Part shown: piece by piece, positions 41,501 through 51,036 of the stretch
How the letters are laid out: each line of letters begins with the position of its first letter
Position numbering within the stretch: position 1 is the first letter of the stretch
Origin: a virus
Length of the DNA: 64,000 bases
IMG/VR virus record: IMGVR_UViG_3300042940_003205
Location: 39,318 to 103,317 of that record
Direction: 5' to 3' (one strand)
The notes under the pieces: generated by a model
Told to the model about the DNA's origin: nothing
The model's input: only the letters and a program-made list of their open reading frames with translations
The model's database searches: none
Program-made: the position numbers and the translations under genes

Positions 41501-43256
41501 TAAGAGTGTAAATTATAATAAATTTGCTTTTAAGATTACGCCAAACGAATATCAAGATATAAAATCCCTCAAGGTTAGATTGCAAAGTTTAGCAGTTTGT
41601 AATAATCCTGATGCTTATATTCAGGTAAGTATTTGGGATAATTTTAACAGCCTTCCTAATGCTAAATTAATTACTGGCTCTAAAGTTTTTTACACAAGCA
41701 TAAAGAACTTTCTTGATGATGTTTATTTCTATGTAAATTATTCATTTACTAAAAACAGAACTTATTGGATTGTTTTTGAATCTAATACAAATCCACCTAA
41801 TTATGATGCAAAAACACTTGGATTAGTAAGTGTAAGTGGTACAGCAGTAAGCGGACTTTACAATTCAGCTAATAATACAACTGCAGATTTTAACAGATAT
41901 CAAAAGTATGCTTCAATTGGGTTTGGAAGTTCACTACCTAGTTCGATTTCTAATTGGTATGAAATCTCTTCTATAGGTTCGTCTTCAGTTATGACACTAT
42001 CTGGAAGTGCTGGAACGAGTGATAATCAAAATTATGTAATTAAATATGATCTTAGATTGCAAATACAAGAATCATCAACTCCGGTTACATCTAATATGGC
42101 CTTTTATGATGGATTTTCTTGGACATCATCTACAGGCACACCATATGTAGTATTCTATGGCTTAGATCACGAAATTTATGCTGGTTTCAATAGAGATTTT
42201 AAAGATTCTTCTTTAGTAATGCCAGCACCTAATAAAGCAAGAGCAAACAATACTGATTATTATGTAGATGAATTTTGGACAGTAAATAATCAAAATTTAT
42301 TTACACCATCTCAACTTTACATTTACCCAAGATCATTTGTTTCTAGAGTGATTGCAATTGGAGCTACTGGAACTTCTGGAACAAATCTTCTTTATATGCC
42401 AGAAGAAAATTTTGATCCTTCAGTAATGGTTGGTATAGCAGTGACTTCAGGGGTCTTAGCAAGTGGGACAGCAATAACAAACTTGATTTTTGATTCTAAC
42501 ATAAATCTATATAAGATTTATCTAAATAATAATTTATCAGGCTCAGCAAATACGCATTATTTTGGCGACAATACAAACAGACTAATCAAAAGAGCGAATG
42601 ACATACATTTGTATCTCAAATACAATGTTGATAATCAGTTACAAACAACTTACATAAAACTTGATAAATCACCAACTTGGGTAACTCAGTGGTACAAAAA
42701 ATCTTCTTGGAATTATCTTGAGCTAGACAGTTTTGTAATGAGTGATTTGACATCAGCTCATCACAATATAAATTTTGATAATTTTAGTGGACTTGGGCAA
42801 ACAAATTATTTCAATGGTCTTGCATCTGGAAATTTCACTGCTCTGTCATCAATTGGTGCAACTTTTGATTTCAAAGTTACTACAAATGGTGGTGTTAAAC
42901 TTTATATCAATAATGAAGAAAAACCATATATTAGTGATTGGACAAATAATTCATCAACTTCATTTACAACATCTTACGTTGCTACAGGCAGTTCACAACC
43001 AATAGCCTTAGAATTACAATTTAATAATTATCAAAATATTCATAATTTAAAATTAGAATGGAGAAAAACTGGCGAAATATCCTGGCAAGAAGTTAATAAT
43101 TCTTTCTATCAAGATGTTTCAGTTAGTCCAATATTGATTGATAGTGACAAAATTGAAAATATAACATACTTAGTTGTTGGTAAAACAATAGAAGAAATAA
43201 ATGATCAATATTATGGCTTTCCAGCTACTGACAAAATTGTGATCAGGAACAAATAA
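38553..43256 (+). CDS. Large structural protein (1567 aa) with C-terminal PA14-like domain
   Basis: C-terminal TFDFKVTTNGGVKLYIN...ISDW...LELQF...LKLEWRK. Phage tail motif VIGSSSKFTTEITEGDYL. Confidence 0.7.
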   Translation: MSLVSKKGLEFIINQVGKAKYAYKDLVGDLSLNHGYYLDYERVVVKFRGSTIFHDYDLAGKTPQGLTTKPYQTFDTIEDISFGFQGGQYTVDSKIASFANTGGWTPQYYNPPATEGWDVWDYNAWQYFVPPYNAAGNANTAYIIYNINSEPGSGSERTNYDYPVRWDGSLYRRVNLFNSSRWISVKNTGTVSNNEAHIVIPKSYFESAQYINPLTNTPKDLGIASHVNLKTQGIGSTFSLGGSMAGLALTYLAYNVSEVSSTGSTTARIRDHYLFKVKTPATWTADYWYHLAFYWDTHDTNFLSSYPTYTSGTATTFNSSNLTSTWNIYPRKTYLQKDIHNYIAFDKTGVNDTNVYLFSRSKTNQKYYDGDFVTTNEPFRYLYPETFSAYGDTNSLANYVSLSSFEYLPVVIATKNIISGNQYENGDIDFYLFFGKAMPQESVPVDWDDFVNYPTIDSDYDIIARIILSYPSFKTSGTIKSKTSITYNLNNASIIYIDRRADNFAVPPIGDSDLINDTLQDVIAMTTFTRSDEYKNIYDKLGADLVAPFTNFKSYGTSSYVDIKNNSFKKTKLLHNLLKYPIAPALKSNFQTTKGSGKITIASGNNVVIGSSSKFTTEITEGDYLYSTDGTIIYGQVLSIVTDTYLVLEENYKSSVDNLTYGIKNSPLETEPINIEVEESGANAMISWLSTPPTKIVFKYDENGMKLNNINFESDTEFEFYQEVSNIPDLLDQETTGTKLTKDYAFSIVFQNTSSDKFIKNIKLNSSKFFITDDEYLNRQKKNLTTSGYYKQGSQTENNNNAPGTFNSIEEYRVYGSAAIIPNMQMGQSRAILTKQVQPTDSTKQTEANFIANLKSSNPNITETEVQDKVSDYELTKSFYTPDSSQFSNTFSTIKEMGMTVSNYAYNRSKHWISNYDEVVGAEKDNKIFTAQNILDLRSDSFIISIAGYSTSDASINSIENIYKQQISIVDATNINQTTQGSYKSVNYNKFAFKITPNEYQDIKSLKVRLQSLAVCNNPDAYIQVSIWDNFNSLPNAKLITGSKVFYTSIKNFLDDVYFYVNYSFTKNRTYWIVFESNTNPPNYDAKTLGLVSVSGTAVSGLYNSANNTTADFNRYQKYASIGFGSSLPSSISNWYEISSIGSSSVMTLSGSAGTSDNQNYVIKYDLRLQIQESSTPVTSNMAFYDGFSWTSSTGTPYVVFYGLDHEIYAGFNRDFKDSSLVMPAPNKARANNTDYYVDEFWTVNNQNLFTPSQLYIYPRSFVSRVIAIGATGTSGTNLLYMPEENFDPSVMVGIAVTSGVLASGTAITNLIFDSNINLYKIYLNNNLSGSANTHYFGDNTNRLIKRANDIHLYLKYNVDNQLQTTYIKLDKSPTWVTQWYKKSSWNYLELDSFVMSDLTSAHHNINFDNFSGLGQTNYFNGLASGNFTALSSIGATFDFKVTTNGGVKLYINNEEKPYISDWTNNSSTSFTTSYVATGSSQPIALELQFNNYQNIHNLKLEWRKTGEISWQEVNNSFYQDVSVSPILIDSDKIENITYLVVGKTIEEINDQYYGFPATDKIVIRNK

Positions 43257-44110
43257 TGGCAATGAATTATGCGTCAGCAATCACAATGAATAATTTAGTG
43301 CTTGCTCTTGATCAAACAGCTAGTACAGTTGATATGGCATTAGCATCTCAAGAATACGCTTTGTCATACAATACAGCGGAAAGGAATTTGCAATTACTCT
43401 ACGGAATATCTGCTATCAAATCACAAAATTACAATATGATTCTTGATGTTTTAAGTTTTGGTAAAGGGCTTGTGAAAACTGCTTTATCAGCTACAAATAT
43501 TGAGCTTCCTGCTGGCAATGAGCAAGGCTATACAGTTCAAGAAGTCTTAGGTAATATTGATACAATGTCAGATGGTTATATTTTTGGAAAAGTATTCTTG
43601 ACATCTGATAATGTTGACGGAGAGGAACTAATATTTTCTTTAGCTAAACCAATAAACGATCCTAATGGTACCCCTTTAATTATAAGCAAAGATATTGACA
43701 TTGATACTGCAGAAGAAATTATAAGAACATCTCAAGAGTTATCTTTCACTACAGATAAAACATATAACTTAGAATTATATAAGTTCATTGCAGATGTTTC
43801 TTATTATGATCAAACAATTAAAAACTCAAGAGTATTTTTCAAACTGATAGATGAAAGATTGCCAAGAGGTTATTTTGGATACACAGAAGAGAATATTTCA
43901 AGAATCGTAATTTCATCTATCATAAGAAATTATGCATTAATTTCAGAACAATATAATACACAGAAAAATTTAACCAAAGATATTATTTCAAATTGGGTCG
44001 GTAGTTCAACTTGGGATCCTGATTTTACAACATACTGGAAAGCTTCAGGGCAATTATTACCAACTAGACTTTTATCTTACCTATCATCAGAGTTGAGTAT
44101 AAATATATAA
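43256..44110 (+). CDS. Hypothetical structural protein (284 aa)
   Basis: TAATG-coupled to the upstream gene within the structural operon. Confidence 0.65.
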   Translation: MAMNYASAITMNNLVLALDQTASTVDMALASQEYALSYNTAERNLQLLYGISAIKSQNYNMILDVLSFGKGLVKTALSATNIELPAGNEQGYTVQEVLGNIDTMSDGYIFGKVFLTSDNVDGEELIFSLAKPINDPNGTPLIISKDIDIDTAEEIIRTSQELSFTTDKTYNLELYKFIADVSYYDQTIKNSRVFFKLIDERLPRGYFGYTEENISRIVISSIIRNYALISEQYNTQKNLTKDIISNWVGSSTWDPDFTTYWKASGQLLPTRLLSYLSSELSINI

Positions 44111-44111
44111 A

Positions 44112-46562
44112 ATGGCAATTTCATCAAAAGTAGAAGAGATAGTTCTTGAATTAACAAAAACGGTAGGCAATATTTACGATGCTTTAAACTATGGTATTGG
44201 AGATATTGAAACTCCTGGATCTTCTATATTTGAAATTAATAATTTACTTTCTATGGCAAACTCAGGATTTCCATACTTTGGTATTCTTGAAACAGCTCCA
44301 TTAGGATGTGAAACAACTTACGATATAGCTTTTGATCCTTACTACGTAACTGTTAGAAGCGGACAATTAGCATACAATGGATCAGTAATTAATTTGCAAC
44401 CTCAAAAAATTCCTCTTAAAAAAGAATGGTCTAAAAACTATTCATCGGGCGGATTTGGTGCAAGTTACAAATATGGTGTCACTTTAGGTTTACCAATCTC
44501 AGAAGCTCAAAAAGCAACTCAAACTTGGGCAACTACAGTAAGTACAACTTGTTTATCTGGAACAAGCATCTTATATGTTAAAGATGCATCAATTGCTGTA
44601 AATCTTGGTTTTCCTATTCAAGCATTTGTTGGAAATTATTTAATAACTTTTTCAAATGTAACTGATGATCTTACTGGTTTGATTGTGGATCCATCTTATT
44701 ATAATGGTTCTTCTTTTGGAACATTACCAGCTACTTATTACCTGGACAATCCAGTAAACTTCTTATTTCAACCAAGAGTAAAATACATTACAGGCTTTCC
44801 AGTATTAGAAAATTCTGAAAATGTAAATACTTTTGATTACTTTCCTCCTCTGCCAAAAAGCTGGATTCCAATTAGTAAAGTAATGCTTAAAAATCCAGAA
44901 GATCCTATTGTTGTTGATTCTGGAACAGGACTTACAAGAACAGTAGTTGATATGCCAACAGAAATATCAACATATCAAATACTCGGAGATTCTACTGATA
45001 AAAGTTTAATTATTCAAAGTTGTAATGATGCAAATAATGCATTATTGACTTATCAGTCAAATGATTATATAAGAAATACAATAATATCAGTTAATAGATA
45101 CATAAGCACAATTTCTTCAAATGCTTTTTTATCTGATAGAGAACTTTTATCAACGCAACCTTTTAGAAAAACAGAGTTTTACTCAAAAGGCACATCATTT
45201 AGTGGACTTGAAAGATTTGAAATACCTTATAATTTTGCAAAAGCTCAATATGAAACATTGAGTATAGATGCTCAGCATACGTTTGCAATTTTTAGAGGAG
45301 ACTTAATAACATATAATGCAGCAATTGGTAGCAACAATACATCTTCTGCAACAGGATTTACAAACAAAGTAATACCTTGCTCAAATTATGTGTCTTCATT
45401 ATCAGCTGGGACTCAGATTTATGGGTTGACTGTTGTTTATAATATTTCAACAGATGAGTATGTCGAAAGCATACCAGTTTACAGCAATTTGGTTTCTTCA
45501 AACTATACCTCTAGTAATTACCTTGTTGAATTGAATTGGTCAGGCGCTGGAATAACAAATCCACTTTTTTATCATGTTTACAAAAAACCACAGCTATCTA
45601 GTGATTTGATTGAAAGAAAATTAACAAATATAAACGAAATTCAATACCCATCTTATAACACTATGACAACTGTAGAAGATGATACTGACTTATTATTGAG
45701 AAATGGTCTGACTGCTTTTAAAATTACTCCAAATGAAGATTGTTTTGTTGGTGGAGTTTCTTTAAAATTTAAATATTTGGCTGGTGGACAATTAACCGGA
45801 TCTGGTACAACTGGTCTTACAATCTCAATTTTTTCTGCTACTGGCTCAACTCCAACAACTAATGGAATGATTACAAGTTCGTCAGTTATAAGAAATTCTG
45901 ACATTCAACAAGGCACTAATGAATATACGATTAAGTTCAATGCTGGAGCGAATTTAGAACAAGGTACTTCATATTGGCTTATGATCAATAAACCTTCTGA
46001 TTTCACTACAGGTTTAGGATCAACAAGTTTGTATGCCAGAATAATTTCAGGTGGTTCAGGACAAGGATTAACATCAATCAATAATGGATCATCTTGGACA
46101 GGATCAGGCGGAACAGCATATTATAAGGTTAGAGGCTATCTTGATGACGGCAATGTTTCTGGAGAAATACTTAAGCGTGGAATAAAGCTAACTAACAGAA
46201 TTGCGTTGGAACCTAGAAAATTATCAGTATATGTGCCTTATGTTGAAGATTTAACTTCTTCTAATGTAGTTTTTAACGGATCTACAACTGGTATAGCAAC
46301 AACTGATGACCAAACAATCAAAAATGATCTTGTAGTAACTGTGATTGCTCAGAATGGTGAAAATGGAGAGCTCACTACGTTGACTACCACAGTTCCAAAA
46401 GGTACAGCAAGAAATCAAAGATTTGCTCTAGGAAATGATTTACAAGTATTTGACAGGGTCATTGATGCCTATGTAACCCCTGGTACAGATTTGACAAGAA
46501 TTAACAATGGTCCAATTTTATGGGATATTTATGATCTTATAACTATTGAAACTACACCTTAG
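44112..46562 (+). CDS. Structural protein (816 aa)
   Basis: Shares an AFKITPNE...YW[IL] beta-sandwich segment with the 1567-aa protein. Confidence 0.65.
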   Translation: MAISSKVEEIVLELTKTVGNIYDALNYGIGDIETPGSSIFEINNLLSMANSGFPYFGILETAPLGCETTYDIAFDPYYVTVRSGQLAYNGSVINLQPQKIPLKKEWSKNYSSGGFGASYKYGVTLGLPISEAQKATQTWATTVSTTCLSGTSILYVKDASIAVNLGFPIQAFVGNYLITFSNVTDDLTGLIVDPSYYNGSSFGTLPATYYLDNPVNFLFQPRVKYITGFPVLENSENVNTFDYFPPLPKSWIPISKVMLKNPEDPIVVDSGTGLTRTVVDMPTEISTYQILGDSTDKSLIIQSCNDANNALLTYQSNDYIRNTIISVNRYISTISSNAFLSDRELLSTQPFRKTEFYSKGTSFSGLERFEIPYNFAKAQYETLSIDAQHTFAIFRGDLITYNAAIGSNNTSSATGFTNKVIPCSNYVSSLSAGTQIYGLTVVYNISTDEYVESIPVYSNLVSSNYTSSNYLVELNWSGAGITNPLFYHVYKKPQLSSDLIERKLTNINEIQYPSYNTMTTVEDDTDLLLRNGLTAFKITPNEDCFVGGVSLKFKYLAGGQLTGSGTTGLTISIFSATGSTPTTNGMITSSSVIRNSDIQQGTNEYTIKFNAGANLEQGTSYWLMINKPSDFTTGLGSTSLYARIISGGSGQGLTSINNGSSWTGSGGTAYYKVRGYLDDGNVSGEILKRGIKLTNRIALEPRKLSVYVPYVEDLTSSNVVFNGSTTGIATTDDQTIKNDLVVTVIAQNGENGELTTLTTTVPKGTARNQRFALGNDLQVFDRVIDAYVTPGTDLTRINNGPILWDIYDLITIETTP

Positions 46563-46569
46563 GTCTGAT

Positions 46570-48042
46570 ATGAGAAAAAGTATTCGTGCAAGTTCGTTCA
46601 AATCAGATGTTAATGCTTTTGCTTTTGATCAAACATTAGTTGTTCCAAGCATAGGTAGCTCAGAGTCAGTTCCAAGTCAATATCTATATAAAGAAGCTTA
46701 CAACAATTTTAGTTCACATTTATATGCCCCAGCTTTTGAAACTGGTTATTATGATATTTTTGCATTATCTAGAGAATATTCTGAAGACCCTGATTTTAAT
46801 TTATCTTTTAATAACATAAATACAAATTATCTTTTCTCTATTGATAATTTCAACCTTCAAGGTGCTCAGGAGTCAGATGCTGGACAAAGATACGCTGGTG
46901 AAGGAGCAAATCCTAATACATTTCAATTAGGCCCAAAAGAATATAATGTTAGCTTTACATATCCTTTCAAGGTAGATAGTTGGGGATACTTGGATTTCTC
47001 ATTAGCTGCATTCTTTGATTATTGTATTCAGGCTTTCAAGGGTTCTCCAACATCATTTATAGGTAGATTTACAAGCGACAATGCTTCTACTATTACAGCT
47101 GGTACAACACAACTTTATATAGATAATATTGCTGAGTTTATGGGTTTGGATTTACCTTTTAATGCAAAAATAAAATCTGATATTAATACCAATTATGATT
47201 TGGTTGAAGTTACAGCAATAGATAAAACAAATAGACTACTTACTGTTGCAGCTGGAGTTAACGTTGCTTTTAGTAGAGACACTTCTTTTATTTCAGCTTA
47301 TCCTCAATCAACTGAAAGAGATGCATCATTTTCTTTATTCACGTTAAAACAAGGATTACTAAGTGGATGTCTTGTTGAAAAATTTGCAATAAATTTTAAG
47401 CCTGGAGAACAGATTACAGCTTACATTGATTTAAAAGTATTAAATGTTGATAGGACTTATCAGGTGCAAATGTTTAACAATTTTGCCTCTATAGTAGATA
47501 ATTATTTCAAGAAAAAACCAAGCTATATACTCAATGGATTCAATGTCAGAGTATACAAAAGCGCTCCAGAATATGGCCTATTTGGTTTAGGCACAATGAT
47601 TGATTCTAAACTATTTAGAGGATTTCAACAATCAAAATTAGATAGTATTTATGTCACTGAAATGGATATAAGTATTGAAAATAATTTGAAACCAATATTT
47701 ACATTGAACTCAAAAGGAAGCGATCAAAAACAAAATTTCTTTAAGAATTCATTACCTTATGGCTACTATTCAGAGGGACGTAAAATTTCGGGATCAATTA
47801 CATATACTGGGCCTATAAAACCTTGGGCTATGGTTGAATTCTTATCTGGACCAAGTAGCATAAATAATGACGGTATAACTTTTGATATGGGGCCAATCAA
47901 ATTAGAATTGCCTGAAGTTGTATGGTCAACTGTTTCTCAAGAACATTCTAGAGTGGAATATCAAAAGAATAAAGTTAATTTTTCAGTAGCAACTCAGAAT
48001 TACACATTTGACCCAGTATTAAAATCAACAGGAAGTTATTAA
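46570..48042 (+). CDS. Tail-tube-like protein 1 (490 aa) with inserted domain
   Basis: Tube-type patterns GCLVEKFAINFKPGEQITAYIDL and EMDISIENNLKPIFTL...GRKISGSITY. ATG at 46570. Confidence 0.6.
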   Translation: MRKSIRASSFKSDVNAFAFDQTLVVPSIGSSESVPSQYLYKEAYNNFSSHLYAPAFETGYYDIFALSREYSEDPDFNLSFNNINTNYLFSIDNFNLQGAQESDAGQRYAGEGANPNTFQLGPKEYNVSFTYPFKVDSWGYLDFSLAAFFDYCIQAFKGSPTSFIGRFTSDNASTITAGTTQLYIDNIAEFMGLDLPFNAKIKSDINTNYDLVEVTAIDKTNRLLTVAAGVNVAFSRDTSFISAYPQSTERDASFSLFTLKQGLLSGCLVEKFAINFKPGEQITAYIDLKVLNVDRTYQVQMFNNFASIVDNYFKKKPSYILNGFNVRVYKSAPEYGLFGLGTMIDSKLFRGFQQSKLDSIYVTEMDISIENNLKPIFTLNSKGSDQKQNFFKNSLPYGYYSEGRKISGSITYTGPIKPWAMVEFLSGPSSINNDGITFDMGPIKLELPEVVWSTVSQEHSRVEYQKNKVNFSVATQNYTFDPVLKSTGSY

Positions 48043-48428
48043 TGAGTATTTTTGTAGATGCTGGAAAGAGATTTGAATTAAAATTAAACTGCAATATCAT
48101 TAAAAATGATGATGGTGAAATTCTTTGTTACAAGATAGATCCAAATGGAAAATGTGAAATTTCTTGCGACGTCAAAGGAAGAAACTTCTCAGATATGTCA
48201 AATATTATAGAAGAAGCAACTATCATCAATTCAGTTACAGGTAATCCACTTTTAAGAACTTCTGTACTTTGTAAAAATATTATCACAAATTTCTTTTCTG
48301 TCATCAAGATAAAAGAAGAAGATAATGTGGAAACTTATTATCCAGATCCACACAATGTTAGTATGATCAGATATGAGTTAGTAAAAGCTTTGTCAAAAAA
48401 ATGGTTGGAAATGACAGGCGGAAAATAA
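48042..48428 (+). CDS. Possible tail assembly chaperone (128 aa)
   Basis: Small gene coupled directly downstream of the tube-like gene. Inference from position. Confidence 0.4.
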   Translation: MSIFVDAGKRFELKLNCNIIKNDDGEILCYKIDPNGKCEISCDVKGRNFSDMSNIIEEATIINSVTGNPLLRTSVLCKNIITNFFSVIKIKEEDNVETYYPDPHNVSMIRYELVKALSKKWLEMTGGK

Positions 48429-49652
48429 ATGCCAGATATTATAAACAATGTAATTAATAATTTGCCTGCTTCAGGACATAATATTTATGTCTGTGAACTA
48501 GCTCCTTTTAATCAAACAGGTTTATATACACAACAATTGAAATATTTTGGTGGATATAGAGTAGCCAAAAACTTAACTGGATCAAGATCGCATTTATGGG
48601 ATTTGTATTTACTTAGTGTAAATATGCTCAACCGAAGAGATTTGGGAAATTTTAAAACTAAAAGATTTTCTGAAGCTGATTACAAACCTTTATTTTGTTC
48701 AAACTTTTCAGATAATGCTGGATCTAGTATATACTCTCCAATACCAAACTTTTCAAAATTAACACTATTAAATCACCCCAATTTTGATCAATATAAATAT
48801 ACTGGTAGCTTTGCATTTAATCCAATACTTTCTACAAACTTCAATCAACAATGGGATGCTGAAAATATAATTTACAGAGCATCAATATATCCTTTATATC
48901 CTTTGTTATTTTGCTCGAGCATACCAACGCACAAATCTTTTGGTCCAGCTTTCATAAATTCATTTGAGATAAGTGTTGATGGTATGGATAATCTTGGTGA
49001 TGTTGAAATTAGATGTTCTTTATCAGGAGGAAGATCTGTTTTATCACCTGACAACATTCCTCCCAAAAGACCTAACCTAGATGCAAATGTTATTAAAATG
49101 AAAACTCTTGATAGTTCTGATGAAATCAATGAATTCAATAATTATCAAAACAAATACAGAGCAATAAACTTATCCGATTGTGCTTTTTGGCCAGGTTTAT
49201 TTCTTAATCCAAATGACTTTAAAAGAACTGTTCAAAATTCATATAATTCAAATGTCATGCCTCCATACAAAATTGTAGGTATGTCCTTAAGAATTCAACA
49301 GCAAGTTAATTTATTATTTACTTACCCAGGTTATTCAGTGCTTAATAGCATAATAGATTTTGGAGACATCCTTGGCCCTAGATTTGCTTCTTTAGGAGAT
49401 AGAACAGTAACTGGTACAATAAAATTATTTAGTCCACAAAACGTTAGTTTAATTAATACAAATGCATCATCACTTACTATGTTTTTTGGTAGTGCTTTTT
49501 ATTACACAATGAAGAATGTAGACTGGCAACAACCTTCAATAACAATAAATCCAGGCAATGGTTATTTTATAGAGTACGAATTTATTGCAAGAATGCCAGA
49601 AGAAATTTATTTCAATGGTTTTAATAATTCAAGAGTATCAGAATTTTTATGA
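48429..49652 (+). CDS. Tail-tube-like protein 2 (407 aa)
   Basis: AFINSFEISVDG...VEIRCSLSG and MSLRIQQQV...GDRTVTGTIKLF parallel the motifs of tube 1. Confidence 0.5.
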   Translation: MPDIINNVINNLPASGHNIYVCELAPFNQTGLYTQQLKYFGGYRVAKNLTGSRSHLWDLYLLSVNMLNRRDLGNFKTKRFSEADYKPLFCSNFSDNAGSSIYSPIPNFSKLTLLNHPNFDQYKYTGSFAFNPILSTNFNQQWDAENIIYRASIYPLYPLLFCSSIPTHKSFGPAFINSFEISVDGMDNLGDVEIRCSLSGGRSVLSPDNIPPKRPNLDANVIKMKTLDSSDEINEFNNYQNKYRAINLSDCAFWPGLFLNPNDFKRTVQNSYNSNVMPPYKIVGMSLRIQQQVNLLFTYPGYSVLNSIIDFGDILGPRFASLGDRTVTGTIKLFSPQNVSLINTNASSLTMFFGSAFYYTMKNVDWQQPSITINPGNGYFIEYEFIARMPEEIYFNGFNNSRVSEFL

Positions 49653-50239
49653 TGAAAGATTTTATTGAATTTTACGAAAAAAATAAATCGAACATAATAC
49701 ACATTATCAATATTGATTCAGTGAAATTTATTGTTCGTGAAATAACTTGGAAAGAAGGGTTATTGATAGATGCAAAATCTTTTAGGAAAAAAGATAATAT
49801 TGTATACCAAAATTCTGAATTTGAAAAAAGAGAAATTCTTAAGCTTGCAATCTTGAGAGCATATGATTCTTCCACAGATACAGATTATTTGCCTGATTTT
49901 GAAGTATCTTTATTGGAAAAGTTAGACTATACAATTATAGAAAGATTGTGGGTTGAATATCAAAATTATCTTTATTTGAATGCAGACGAAGCTAATTTTT
50001 ATTATATTGCAACAAAAAAATATTACAATCCAAATGATACAGAAACTTACCCCGTGCCACCATTAATTGTTGAAATTGATTATATGACACGAGGTTTAGT
50101 TTCTATGAACAAAGAGGAATTTTCTAATTTGAGTATGAAAGAATTTGAAACTATTCAGTTGATTTTAGCTACAAAAAATGAAGCTAAACCTGAATCAGCT
50201 GCAAATCTTGATATTGATTTAGAAAGAGAAATGGGCTAA
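49649..50239 (+). CDS. Possible tail assembly chaperone (196 aa)
   Basis: FIVREITWKE...LEKLDYTIIERLW chaperone-like pattern; follows the tube-like gene. Confidence 0.45.
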   Translation: MMKDFIEFYEKNKSNIIHIINIDSVKFIVREITWKEGLLIDAKSFRKKDNIVYQNSEFEKREILKLAILRAYDSSTDTDYLPDFEVSLLEKLDYTIIERLWVEYQNYLYLNADEANFYYIATKKYYNPNDTETYPVPPLIVEIDYMTRGLVSMNKEEFSNLSMKEFETIQLILATKNEAKPESAANLDIDLEREMG

Positions 50240-51036
50240 ATGCTAAAAGATAAAGTATTTTTTTGTTTATTTCTTATTTCATCCGCAAATTCTGTTCTAT
50301 CCCATTGATGAAATAGATAATACGGTTCACCTTGCATATTACAAGCTTCGCCATTAATAAACTGAATATCTATATTTTTGTACTTTATAGCCTCTCCAGT
50401 AGCACACAAAGCGCTGGTATATGGATGACAATAATCAACAGTTTTCAAGTCTTTTAGATAAGGATATAAGCTTGTGTAAATACTTTGATCAGAAATCATT
50501 CCAGGTGACTTTCTATTAGCATTAGTTATAGCAAGCAAAAGAATATACATAAAATCTTTTACCTTTCCACCTATAGTTCCGCCATTAGTTATTAAATTAT
50601 TAACTCCATCGTTGTTAGGAAAAATTTGTGTTGAAGATAATATATTATGCCAGCCTAAATTGAAATCGTTTTCTGAAACTTTCATACCTTCGCAGATCAA
50701 AAATAAATCCTTATCCTTTTTTGAAGCCATATAATCAAAGGGATTTTTTTGAATAATCACATCACGAGTATCAATATACATAGCATATTCGTAATCTTGT
50801 CCATATTGTCTCAAGATGTCATAAAATAAATGATAAACATAGTAAAAAGGAGCTTCTCCAAAAATAACTTCATCATATATAGATTCTAATTTTTTTAGGT
50901 TAGAATCTGAAACATTATTCGTAAGAACAAATTTGTCAGCATTTGTAATTTTTTTCAATGATTTAAAATAAATATCTAAATCAAGGTTTTCAAAAATTTT
51001 GTCACCTGAAATGTAATTGATTAATAAATTTTTCAC
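50236..51036 (-). CDS. GT-A-fold glycosyltransferase-like protein (266 aa)
   Basis: YIDTRDVIIQKNPF (DxxD), NGGTIGG, SDQSIY, HQWDR. Last gene of the sugar operon. GTG start. Confidence 0.65.
   Translation of the reverse strand: MKNLLINYISGDKIFENLDLDIYFKSLKKITNADKFVLTNNVSDSNLKKLESIYDEVIFGEAPFYYVYHLFYDILRQYGQDYEYAMYIDTRDVIIQKNPFDYMASKKDKDLFLICEGMKVSENDFNLGWHNILSSTQIFPNNDGVNNLITNGGTIGGKVKDFMYILLLAITNANRKSPGMISDQSIYTSLYPYLKDLKTVDYCHPYTSALCATGEAIKYKNIDIQFINGEACNMQGEPYYLFHQWDRTEFADEIRNKQKNTLSFSI

Noticed and set aside
1-50239. Extracellular contractile injection system or tailocin in a bacterial chromosome
   Set aside because: No sheath, AAA ATPase or Afp-type gene order is visible. A head-tail adaptor and the huge structural genes favour a large phage, although capsid and terminase are outside the window.
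48042-50239. Programmed -1 frameshift in the tail chaperone genes
   Set aside because: A/T runs are everywhere in this AT-rich DNA, and I could not identify a convincing overlapping extension frame.
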